Assembly (NCBI GenBank): GCA_009103225.1
Contig: RHPI01001946.1
Location: forward strand, 124,001-188,000
Origin: Chlorokybus atmophyticus
Taxonomy: Eukaryota; Plantae; Mesostigma and Chlorokybus algae
Length of the DNA: 64,000 nucleotides
Reading direction: 5' to 3'
The translations under genes and the position numbers were made by a program. Below the pieces are notes generated by a model that had not been told where the DNA came from, ran no database searches, and saw only the letters and a list, made by a program, of their open reading frames with translations. Each line of letters begins with the position of its first letter. Within the stretch, counting starts at the first letter, position 1. Positions 12,787 through 24,240 of the stretch are shown here, piece by piece.

Positions 12787-15385
12787 ATGCTGATGGCGGC
12801 GGTGGCGACGCTCTCGAGGCCGCCCAGGGACTCCTCGGAGGGCATGGGGCCAGGGCTGTTGTCGGCGTCCGGGACGACGGCGGTGTCGGCGGCAGCCGTT
12901 GTGTCGGCAGCGGAGCCCTCACCTCAGACAGCCACGCTGTCTACTGCACAGCAGCAGCAGGCTGCAGAGACAGCCTCCGCCGCCTGGCAGCAGGACCACC
13001 CCTCAGCCTTGGAGCAATTCGCCAGCTGCGTTGGGCGTGCTGTTAAAGTGAGTGTGCAAAACCCTAGCGCCTATGCTATAGTAGATCCTGGCATCATGCA
13101 TGCTTCAGGCCGCGCATGCCAGCAAGCATTGGTTTGTGAATATCTTTGTTGGCCTGTTTTGGTGGGGTACTTTCGTGCCATGCACACCAGCAGAGCTTCT
13201 TTGGAGCATGCAAGCATACATGAAGTAGAATTGGCAGATCCAAACTGGATAGCTGCCTTGTGCGCCTGGCTTTCAACGCGACGCTCTTAGCCAAGGCGTC
13301 AAAATCACTGTGCCGGCAAGTACACTTCAACGGCAGACTGTGTGGATGCCTGTGTAGTGTGTGGAACGTCTGCGGTCGTAGGGACAAATCTTTTACAGCG
13401 AGTTCAATGCTAAGCACAGTTCTCAGCAGGAACACAGGCCCATTAAACCAAACGCATGCTAGTCTGTCAGTGCACAGCCAGCAGCACAAGCGTGGATGCG
13501 GACATTCACGTGTGCATACATGAACATAGTCAACAGTCCTCTCACAATCCATACACATGCATGTACACGCTACCCACCCACCCACATACAGCACTCTGAC
13601 CCCCCACCCCTCTCCCTCTCTCAGTCCAACAAGCACATCGCGGTGTTCCTGGACTACGACGGCACGCTCTCCCCGATCGTCCCGGATCCCGACAAGGCGT
13701 TCCTCAGCGACGCGATGCGGGCGGCCGTCAGGGAGGTCGCGGGGATGTTCCCGACGGCGATCATATCGGGAAGAGGAAGGGAAAAGGTGGGGTCTTGTTT
13801 TGTAATTTGGATGTTGTTGTGTTCGCATTTGAGTACTCTGGTGTGTATGCATACGTACAGGCACACATGCAAGAGTACACTGACACAGACGAGCGCGTGC
13901 ACACAGTGTGTGTGTGTGTGTGGGCGCGTGCACGCGAGTGCATGAGCGTGCACGCACACACACGCACACATGCACACAGACTGTGTGCGAGCGAGTGCAC
14001 ATGCTTGCATGCCGAACTACTGCGCGTGTGCACATGTACGTGTGGCTTTTGACTTAACTAAAGTCCAACTCGTGTGCAGGTTTCATCTTTTGTCCAGTTG
14101 GGCGAGCTTTACTACGCCGGCTCGCACGGGCTGGATATCGCCCGAGGCTTGCCGCGCACCAGCAGCAGCGAATCGGATGTCGGCGGCAGCTCGAACAGCA
14201 GCGGCTTCAGCACCCCGGATAGAAATACCGATGACAGCACAGATGAGAACAACTGTGTCCTTGCACAGGTGAGTGTGCGTGTGTGCGCGCATGTGTGTGT
14301 ACACAATGTGCTCAAGGTGTGTCTGACTTGTGTTGGTTTGTTTGCAGCCTGCACTCGAGCACTTGGCGCTTATGCACAGCATGGCGGACCAGCTTTCGTC
14401 AGCTGTGAAGACCATCCCGGGAGCACTGTGAGTGCACACTGTCGGGTCTCTCTACTCTCACGCAGTCACATGCTCATTGGCATGTTGGGTTCCCAACGTT
14501 CTGTCTCTCCTGCAGTGTTGAGCACAACACGTTTACGGTATCCGTGCACTACCGCTGCGTGAAGAAGGATGAGTGGGCGGGCGTGGCGCGCGCGGTGCAG
14601 GAGATTGTCGCCCCGCACGCAAAGGAGATACAAATCACACATGGCAGAAAGGTAGTTGCCCCACACGCGCAAGTCACACATGGAGTTGCAGTGTATAAGG
14701 CTCATGCATGTTGGGTTGCCAGGTGTTGGAGATTCGGCCGCGCGTGGCGTGGGACAAAGGCAAGGCGCTGGAGTTCCTGCTGGAGCTGCTTGGCATGTTG
14801 CCAACATCATCACAATCATCATCATCGATGTCGTCGTCCTCATCGTCACGGGGCCCAGCTGAAGTCCATGCATTGTACATTGGCGACGACCGCACCGACG
14901 AGGACGCCTTCAAGGTGTGTTATACGCATGAGAAAGTTTCCTTCAATGCATGCGGCTGTCTTCATGTAATTGTCGCTCGCTTGCGGCGTTGTTGGTTTGC
15001 TGTTGTGGCTGTGGTTCCTATGGTATCAACTTAAAGGATATCTCCGCAGGTGCTTCGCAAGCGTGGGGTTGGACATGGTATACTTGTTTCAACAGTTGTG
15101 AAGGAGACTGCCGCAGACTTCACGCTCAAGGTACAGGAAAACCAAGAAGCCACATAGCGTGTGTGTGCGTGCGGTTGTGCTTGTCTGATGGACAGTCCGA
15201 GTGCGTGGCTTGTGTGCATGTGCGGGTTATTCCCTCTGAAGGACAGTGTGAGTAATATACGGCGCGTGCAGGACCCTTCAGAGGTGATGTTGTTCTTACA
15301 AAAGCTAGTCGATTGCCGACGGCAACAACAAGAGGAACAAGTCGATGGGGAGAGACGGGTGGACGCGCTGGCTGCAGCATCATGA
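12787..15385 (+). CDS. TPP: Plant-type trehalose-6-phosphate phosphatase (HAD family), multi-exon
   Basis: Exon 1 contains [12 protein letters not shown]. Later exons give [93 protein letters not shown] and [13 protein letters not shown]. Stop is at 15383-15385. Confidence 0.95.
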
Positions 15386-16703
15386 AACCGTTTCTCCCGT
15401 GCTCTGATGAGGGGTTTTGGTTTTGGTGTGGGCGTTGCGCGCAAAGGCGGTTGTTACCAAGTGTACGTGTGGTACATATGCAGCGAGGGAGAATGGACTT
15501 GTGGGTTTGCGGCATACATACGCAGACATACATACTAATAAGTTGCCATGAGCTACCAAGTTACAAGCTGCCTGAGTTGGATAAAAGGCTGGCGGATGCG
15601 CTGCGGAAAGGCTGATAGAGTCACGAGTTGTAGAGAGTTCAGAGTTCTCTGAGTGTAGCATTAGCTAATTACCCAAGTAGCTTAGCTGAAGTGTAAGGGA
15701 TACATGTCTGTGCGAAGGTGTGCAGTTGCAACCAGTAGTAGTCGTTGAGGTTGAGCTTGATGTTGTGTGATCTTGCTGTGCTGGTAACGCATGCTTGTAA
15801 TGACGCGTACATACGGTAGTGGTTTCTCGTTCTCTTAAGGTAAGGCATGCTGGTAGTGCATGGTATGCTGTAGCGCTGACATGTTCTTTACGCACAGGAA
15901 CAACACATCCGTATATCTGTGCACGCAGTTAGCAGCAATAGCAAGCAGCAAGCTGGTAGCTTGCCCTATCCATCCATGACACTGACCCTGCTCATCATCC
16001 AATCGTCTTGTTATATTCCCAAGCTCACAATTGCCTCAGCATCATGCGGCGGAGCTTGCCAATGGGCAACCGGAGGATGCGGGAGTTTAGTTTACCGTAG
16101 CATACTTTTGCTCAACATCCCACATCATTACACCTGCACTGCTGCTGCTCAACCTCGTGACTCTCTCACCCACCTGCTGCCAGTGCCCTCAAGGCCTCCT
16201 TGCATCCCTCTGCAAACTGTTGCTGCATTGCATAGGCAAAGACTATGGCATTCACGCACTAACCTAGCATAACATCTCTTATAGCAGGGGGGAGTAGCGA
16301 AGACTAGCCATGCCCCCCTTGACATAAATGTATGTGATCCCCGCTTGGGTATATTGATTTGGATGGTAACTTGTGATCAAGAACATACAGCCGCATTGCA
16401 TAGGCAAGGACAATAATGCTACTGAACAAACTTAACTACACGGCATCACAAGCAACGGTGCTAGTAGTTGCGTGAAGTCACATAGTGTTGCATGCGCGCG
16501 CTTATACTCTATGTCAATGACCTCGGCATAAAACATGTGATACATAATGTCACTGACATTTTCGACACAAGTGTATTACTGCTTGCATGCTTGCAATGAT
16601 ACAATGCATGCGTGTCAGTTTGGCTACATGCATTTCGCACAGGTGAGCGCAACCGCATCTGTACTTACAATGTGCAATCACGTGTTTACAGTTACAACTC
16701 CAA

Positions 16704-18630
16704 TCACAACTCCAACAACTCCATCGCTGAGACCAAAAGAGTCCCCACATCCATCTCCCCACGCACCACGCTATTCGCATCCCTCTCATCCCCGCTCTGG
16801 TACTCATCGAACGTCACAACCTCCCCTGCACACTTCACTCTCGCCACCCCACCCAACACATAAAACTCGTTGAAGTCCGTCAACGGCGCATTGACAACAC
16901 ACTCATCAAAGTCGTAAACAACATCTTCACGCAACATCACGCACGTGTTGTTGTACCACCTCTCTTGCAAGGTTGTATCATCCCTCTTCGCGCCATCCCC
17001 ACTCGCACAATATGGCACAAAGAAGAAGTCATCTGAGGGAGAGTTGACTGAACCCCTCCCTCTCATTGCGGGTTGTGCATCGGGGTGTAGGTACATGTTG
17101 TTCGTGACGGTCTTGCTGTGTCCCATGAAGGTCTTGTACCCGCCGTATACGAGGACGTTGTGCGTGTCGGTGTAGTGGGCGGACCCGTCGTCGTGGTCGA
17201 TCGGCCACACGGAGAAGTAGTTGCCGATAATCAGGTTGCGCCTTATGAAGGACTCGGATGGGTGCAACGAGGGTGCTTCCGGGTTGGCAACGTTGGTTAT
17301 GTATGGCAAGCGATCCCACGAGTTGAAGGCACCTGAGAAGAACATATGTCATCAGCAACATGTTTGTGTTGGTTCGTACGCACGCGCGCATCACAACGAC
17401 TTCATCCCACGCACTCTACGCGTTCATATCAGTAACCATGTGTAGCATATCTCACCATGGTCAGCTGACTCCCGCACAAAGTTGAACATAAGGTTCTTCT
17501 CCACCACATTGCCACCCCCGAACCCATCATTAAAGTTAATCCCCGACCTCGGCCCTGCACACACACAGTACACACATAACAACACACCCAACAAACAACC
17601 TCAAGTATACACTCACCATTGAACAACACATTCCCCCTTATCGTCGTCCCACACGCCACGCTCTGAAAGTACGCCGCGCTCTGTTTCACATACACACCCA
17701 CATCCCTCACCACATTGCCCTCAATCACCGTCCCTTTGGGGTGATTCCCACCCGTGCCGTCAATGAGATCAGCATGGCCGACAGCGATGATGCCACTTGC
17801 GCCTGGCTTGGAGATGGAGTTGTTGGTGATGGTGGTGTTGCGGGCGTAGTTGCTGATGACGAGGGCGTGGCCGTCGAGGGAGGAGAAGGTGCAGTTGGAG
17901 ATGGTGATGTGCTCGGCACCTGCGTGCGTGTGCGTGTGCGTGTCATATGCACGCGCACCGACATGCGTGTACAGGTGTATGTGTGCGTGTGCGTGTGTGA
18001 TTGAAAATGTATGCCAACGTGTACATGTGTAATTGCACACGTATGTATGTCTGAATATCTGCCTATGCACTTGCTTGCGTGCGTGCACATGCGGGTGTGT
18101 GCACACACACTCATATCCCTCTCACCTTCAATGAACACCGCTCCATCCCGATGTATCGCCCAATCCCCTCCCCCCGGCACTTCATGTCCTTTCATATACG
18201 TCGCCTCCGCACACTCAAACCCAACATTCTCAATCTTCACCCCTCTCACCGGCTCACTCCTTGTACCCACAATCCCAACCACACGCGCGAACTGCGTCGC
18301 GACGAAGCGAGTGTGGGAAGTGATGGTTGAGTTGGGGTAGTAGAAGAGGCGGTTGGATTGAGTGGAGTGAAACCACTCGCCGGGAGTGTCTACTTCTTCG
18401 AATATGTTGTCGATGTAATACTCGGCGCCGTGGGGCCAACCGCGGGCTTCCTGTATGTGTGGGTGTACTCAAAGTTGTGGAGTACCAGTTGTCTGTGTTA
18501 CAACACTTTTGTGGGCTGATACACATGGGTGAGACCCTGATAACAGGAAACAGCAGCAACCACCTGGTAGGTCTTTACATACGTCAACGTGCTTTGAGGT
18601 GCACACATATAGCTAAGAGTGCGCGTGCAA

Positions 18631-18665
<35 letters not shown>

Positions 18666-21133
18666 CGCCTCATCAGCGATGTACGCGTGCTGTACAGACC
18701 AATGATAGATACACTTGTGTCGCGGTAGCATTATCAATTATCAACTTGTTTCCACACCTGGAAGCCACCCTCTCCAAATAGCAAAGTCCCAGTGCTGTCA
18801 TCCCTCTCTCGCACTCTGAACTGCCACCCGCCCCAGTACCTGAAAGAGCAGCGACACAACATAACAGTCACACATAACAACATCACACAGTATAGCATGG
18901 TGAATGTGTGGGCTGTCTCTCTCTCTCTTACCCTCCGTGCAATGCGTGCACGATGGCGGTTTGGGGCTCCTTCCACGCCCTCGGGAAGGTCCCGTTGGCG
19001 AAACGGACACCGCGCGGGACTTTGTACGTCGACGCCGCGCCACCCTGAAAGGTGTATGCGTGTGCTCACTGTTGGTACTATCAGTGTGACAAGACAACAT
19101 GCAGACTGTCTCACCTGTGGAGATGGCAGAGCCCAGTATGACTGGGGAGGGTGGAAGGGAGCAGCTGCACCGCCGATGCCCATCGCAAATGTCTGGCAGT
19201 TACGTGTGTGTGTGTGTGCGTGCGTGCGTGCGCGCGCGTGAGTGTGCGGGTATCTGTATGTGCGCGTACATGTGCATGTGCCTATGTGTCTATGCGCGTC
19301 ATGGGCATACCAGTGCACTGTCGAACCCAACGCGGTTTGCTTTGAAGTTGTTTTGGGCATCATCACAACCTCACCTTGAAATGATCACCCATGCGGAAAG
19401 GAGCCGTAATGTTTACTATCAACGGTGGGCTTGGAACCGGCGCAGGCGGCAGCCAATCCTCTGGCTTGGTCTTGATGTAACCCGTGTCATCCGCTACAAC
19501 ACACCATCATATACACAGTCACACACGCACACGCACGCAGGCACGCACACATATCCACACTTACTTACTCCACAGTCCCTGTCTCTCGGGGTCTGCGTTG
19601 GGCCACCTCGCCCGCACCGCCCTCTTGCCATCGACGAACAGACCCGAGAAGGGGAGGACGTCATCGGGCAGCTTGGCGGAGAGGATGGGACCGGAGCCTT
19701 CTTGCCTCCACTCCAATCCTGAGGGACAAAGTGTATTGATCAGTGGCTTGGCGTGAAAACAACCACAACAATAACAACAGCAACAGCAACACCAACAGTG
19801 ACAATGCGAACAACAATGGCAACGAGACCACCACCACAACCGACCACCACCACCACCACAACAACATCAACAACAGCAAATGAGACCTCACAGCAGCCAC
19901 ATCCCCCCCCCCCCTCTCCCCCCCAAACACACACAACAAACATACATCAACAACCACTCTCATCACCCCCACCACACCCCTCCCCCTCACCTGTCAGTCT
20001 CTTCCCCCCGCTGATCACCGCCTTCCCGTCGCCTCTGATGTGGAGTCCGCTGTCGTACGGGGTCAGGAGGAGGGGGCGGGTCACGTAGCAAACGCCGGAG
20101 AGGAGGAGGAGGCGGGGGGAGTGAGGAGTTGATGGTGTTGTTGATGATGATGTTGTTTGTGGGTGGGAGCGGAGGAGGGCGAGGCCAGCCTGGGGGCGGG
20201 ACAGGGATTAGTGTGGGTGTAGTGCGAGGCGTGCGAAGGTGTGGAGGTAAGTAGTAGCTGATGTGGTTCTGTGTGAAGGTAGCAAAGTGTGGAGTAGCCG
20301 CAGTGCGATATATAGATGATGTGTTGTACCGCATGAGACTATGCCACAGTTTGTGTCGGTGCGTGCGCAAGCATGTGTGTGGATGAGCGTGCGTGCACGC
20401 ACGTGGACGCGAGTGGCTGTGGCAGTGGGCGCCCCGAGCGTGCGCATGTGCATGTGTGTATCTTGCCTCCATTGTGCCGAGAGGGTTGGTGCGACTCCCG
20501 TCACCATCATCCTTACCCAAATAGCAGTCCACATACACCGTGCGCACGTACTCCCCTCCGGTTCCACCACCATTATCACTGTTGCCATGTTGTTGTCGCT
20601 GTTCTTGTTCTAGCAACTCTGCCCTTCTTGTAGCTGAGCTGGCTGCACGAACAGAACACGCGCATGCATGGATTTGTTGCTTGCAAGAGGGGACAATGAT
20701 CAAAGCAATTGCGTGAAGGGGAAAGAGCAGGCATGGGCATGGCACAATATTGTGTGTTTCACACCTTTTTGTTTGGGCAGAGTGCGGTTGCATAGCTCGG
20801 CGAGCTGCAGTGCGTCGAATGCGGCGTCAAAGCTTCCACACCTCGGCAACAGCTGTGCAGTGGAAGGGTGTGCTTGGGTGCGCATGCTCGCAACCACACA
20901 CGCACACGCACACGCACACACCTTCCTCACCGCTTCGCATATCACAACCACGTCTACACACGCTGATGCAACGTCTACTTCACCTTCCTCGCGTAGTCGT
21001 ACGCGAGCCCCCTGACCGCGCAGTCCCACTCCGGATCGGCCTCGCCTCGGACTGCAGGCAGGATGACAACGAGGAGGAGAAAGAGGAGGAGGGGGAGGAG
21101 GGGGAGGGGGAAGACGGACATGCGGCTGCTCAT
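16704..21133 (-). CDS. Secreted right-handed parallel beta-helix protein (pectin-lyase-like fold), multi-exon
   Basis: Signal peptide MSSRMSVFPLPLLPLLLFLLLVVILPAVRG. Exons include GLFVDGKRAVRARWPNADP, PGGGDWAIHRDGAVFIEG, ITISNCTFSSLDGHALVISNYARNTTITNNSI, GTVIEGNVVRDVGVYVKQSAAYFQS and GAFNSWDRLPY...NLIIGNYFSVWPIDHDDGSAHYTDTHNVLVYGGYK. Stop is at 16704. Confidence 0.85.
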
Positions 21134-21753
21134 CTGGGTGGCAGGCGTGCATGGTGGATGAGTGGTGGGGTCGTGTGTGGGGTTGTAGGTTGTGGTCTGT
21201 GGCATGCATGCATGCATGCATGCAGTCCTGAATATAACAAGTGTAGTAGACAAGGCTGCACTGCGGAGCGTTGTCATGATGCGAAGAGGGTTTGGTTGAT
21301 CGGCATTGTTCGTATCAGTCACAGATTCGTGCCTTTCATCAATGAAGCAAGCTGCAAGGGCTGCTCAAGTTGGACCATGATGGACAAGTTGAAGAACACG
21401 AACCCAACTACCCAGATGCATGCATGCCCGCATACCTTGCACATGTCAGCGGTGTCTCTCTTGTGCGCCTCTGTGTGGAAAGATGTGGACTACAAAACAT
21501 GTAATCACAACAAGTAAAGCAGGAAGAACACATGTAGACACCATCACCACAGCCAGCAGCAACGATCACTCCGGCCTGCAACCGCCTCGGCACACACTTC
21601 AAGTTGAAGAAGCATGTGTCGTCCACCCCACTAATGTTGTGCTCGGGCGCACAAGGCGCACAAGAGGTCGCAACTCCATCCACAATGCAACATCAACATC
21701 AGCAGGTATCGCCGATATCGATGGGTGGCTTATCCAGGACACGCTATCCTCGA

Positions 21754-21916
21754 AACGGAAGCACGGACACGAACCGGAACAACGGCGGCAGCAGAAGATT
21801 CCGCTCAGGATCTGACGAGTCATAACGGCTGTGTTGCGGCTTGGAAGAGAGAGCGGAAGTTTCGGGAGTTACGAGTCGTGTAACGGAGTCGCTCAGTTAC
21901 GACTCCGTTACACGAC
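21754..21916. promoter_or_regulatory. Cluster of five AACGG (MSA/Myb-like) cores, two of them inside a perfect 17-bp inverted repeat (21875-21891 / 21900-21916)
   Basis: AACGG at 21754, 21781, 21824 and 21882, and CCGTT at 21905. The arms are GTCGTGTAACGGAGTCG and CGACTCCGTTACACGAC with an 8-nt loop. The sequence is seen directly; the regulatory role is inferred. Confidence 0.45.
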
Positions 21917-22152
21917 GTCCCCCAGTCTCTTGTCGCGTGTCTGAGGAGGCGCAGCCTCGGTTAAACCCCTCACGTGACCCCCCCACTGGTCTTCCGACAA
22001 CTAACCAGCTTGCAACGATATCGACATTGGACCCTTATCAATTTACTAACAGAGGTAAGGCAAAAGATATCTGCGGCTGTTTGGCCTTTTGGTGTTTGGT
22101 TTTCGTCTCCTCCGTTCAGGCGTCAAGCGTGGAACTGCGGTTTGATGTGGGC

Positions 22153-22208
22153 CACGCCGGACCAGGCCAGGCCGGAGGGCCCAGCCGAGCGTGGCCTGGT
22201 CCGGCGTG
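22153..22208. repeat. Perfect 17-bp GC-rich inverted repeat within a CCAGG-rich segment
   Basis: CACGCCGGACCAGGCCA (22153-22169) and TGGCCTGGTCCGGCGTG (22192-22208), with a 22-nt spacer. Confidence 0.85.
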
Positions 22209-22425
22209 CATGCTGCGTGCGGGCCTATGTGGCGCCTCCGCGACCGATTCCGTACCAGGCCACGCCCTGTTTGGTCCGTACCAGGCTGGCGCGCTGATAC
22301 GCCGGCTCGGAGGAAAGCGCCTCTGACTGCCACTACTTAGCGGCGGCGGCAGCGGCAGCAGTGGTAGAGGCGACAGCAAGCAACGAGGCGCAGGCAGGCA
22401 TTGCTCTCAGCTTAGTCGAACTAGG

Positions 22426-22460
22426 CCAGACCAGACCAGACCAGACCAGACCAGACCAGA
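22426..22460 (+). repeat. (CCAGA)7 pentanucleotide microsatellite just upstream of the Spo12-like ATG
   Basis: Seen directly. Confidence 0.95.
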
Positions 22461-22505
22461 GCTGAGGTGGGTAACAAGTCCTTACTAGGCCAGGTTCGAG
22501 AGGGT

Positions 22506-23469
22506 ATGGCGGCCATGGTGGTGGACATGGCAGTCGAGAAGAATGAGAACAACGCCGCCGCCGCCGCTGTGGGCGAGCTCCGCGCCTCTGCGCTGCTGCC
22601 GAAGCGGCGGCCGTCTGAGCTGTTTGTTGCGGTGGGGCCCTTAAAGAGCGACTCGTTCAATGGGTTCCCCAGGTCAGTGAATGAGTGAGTGCGAGTGCGT
22701 GTGAGTCTGAGAGGAGATGTGAATGAAGAAGTGGCACAGTGCATGAGTGAGGGTGAAAGTCAAAGTGAGGGTGAGAGTGAAGGAGTGAATCAATCAACGA
22801 GTGAGTCAAGGAGTGAGAGTGACTGAGTGAGTGAGTAAGCGTGTAACTCTGTCACGGAGTGACAGAGCAAGTGAGTGGGTGGGTGAGTCAATGAGTGCAA
22901 GCCTGGATAAGTTAGCGAGCAGTCAAAAACAAAGTATGCGGGGGAGTGAGTGAGTAAATGAATGACTGAGAAACCAAGGCTGTTCAGTAAGTGAGTATTG
23001 GAGTCTGAGTATAACCATTCATTCAGTCAGGCAGTCAGGCAGTCAGTCAGCTCTTTCCTGCTCGATACACACTCAAGACTGAACCACTACTTGCACACCT
23101 CAGGCCTGCGAGCCCGACGGACGAGGTGATGTCTCCCATCACGCGCACCCTCGTCGTCGGACGGAGCAAGTCCTTCCGACGGGTCCTGTCGGCCCGCGGC
23201 AACGCCTTGCGGAAGGTGAGAAAAGGAGAGGGTGTTGGGCTTTGAGTTGTACGTTACGCTGGTAGTGAGGGACTCAGCGTGCGTGCGTGTGCACGCATTA
23301 GACTGGAGCCTGTGAGTGCACATGATGTATATGTGCATGTGTGCCTGCCTGTCTCGGTGTCTGCATTGGTGAAGACACTAAGACAGGCAACTCATTATTG
23401 ATCGTTGTGTCCATGTTATGAGTCTCATCTCAGCCCGCTTTGTCGCAGGAGGAGTGCCGCAAGGATTGA
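22506..23469 (+). CDS. Small three-exon protein (about 99 aa) with a Spo12-family-like motif; absent from the ORF track as a spliced product
   Basis: Exons 22506-22672, 23104-23215 and 23449-23469 join in phase through GT-AG introns. The product is MAAMVVDMAVEKNENN...FNGFPRPASPTDEVMSPITRTLVVGRSKSFRRVLSARGNALRKEECRKD*. ASPTDEVMSPITRTL resembles the Spo12 signature SPTDxxxSPxxxxL (recalled, not searched). Confidence 0.7.
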
Positions 23470-24240
23470 TGCAAGACCCAAATCCCCATATGCTATTGTT
23501 CCTTCTGATGAACTCTGAAGACACTCCCAGCTCGCACCCCCACCGTCCATCAACAGTTTAGACACATGGTTAGTGCTTAGATGTCCCCATTATTGTCCGC
23601 ATGGAGCGACAGGTGTTGGCTTGCAGCGTTGGCCACAAGGCGTAGATTGGATTGGCAGGGCCTCTTTCGGGTTTGGTGAGAGGTCAGTTAGTGCGTAGGA
23701 TGGTTGTTGTAGTCATTAGGTATTTTGTGTGTGTGTTGTTGGTTGGAGAGGACAAGGTGTGTACAACAGCATAGCCCTACCTATTATGGTAGTGTTGCAG
23801 GCGCTCTTATGGTGAAAAGGAGTCAGTTTGAAGTGCGTATGTCCACGTGTGCTGTGCCTTGATGTGTGCTTGCAGACATACAACGATCTTGACTCGTATA
23901 CTCACCTTATAGAGCTCAACAATTCTGAACACGCCAGCGCAGTGAATAATACGCTGACTTAGGAAAAAGTCAGCAGAAAACCAACACCTTACAGGCAGTT
24001 GAACAGCAAAGTACTGCATAGAAGATTGCCAATGCCGTGCCACCATCCACATTGACAATCCCTGCCTCGTAAACAGGACTAACAGGGTGCTAGCGATAGT
24101 GTAGGCAGTGAGTTGGGTGAGATAGTTGGTTAACCCGGCAGTCAAGTGTGTGACAGTGTTAGGTGCTTGTTCTACAACTCTAATTACTGTGACTATACTC
24201 ACGATGCACGGGCAATTCTGTTGCGCATTGCACTAACACT

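Noticed and set aside
22075-22095. GGCCTTTTGG similar to the U2 snRNA 5' end
   Set aside because: The following U2 sequence (CTAAGATCAAGTGTAGTA) is absent.
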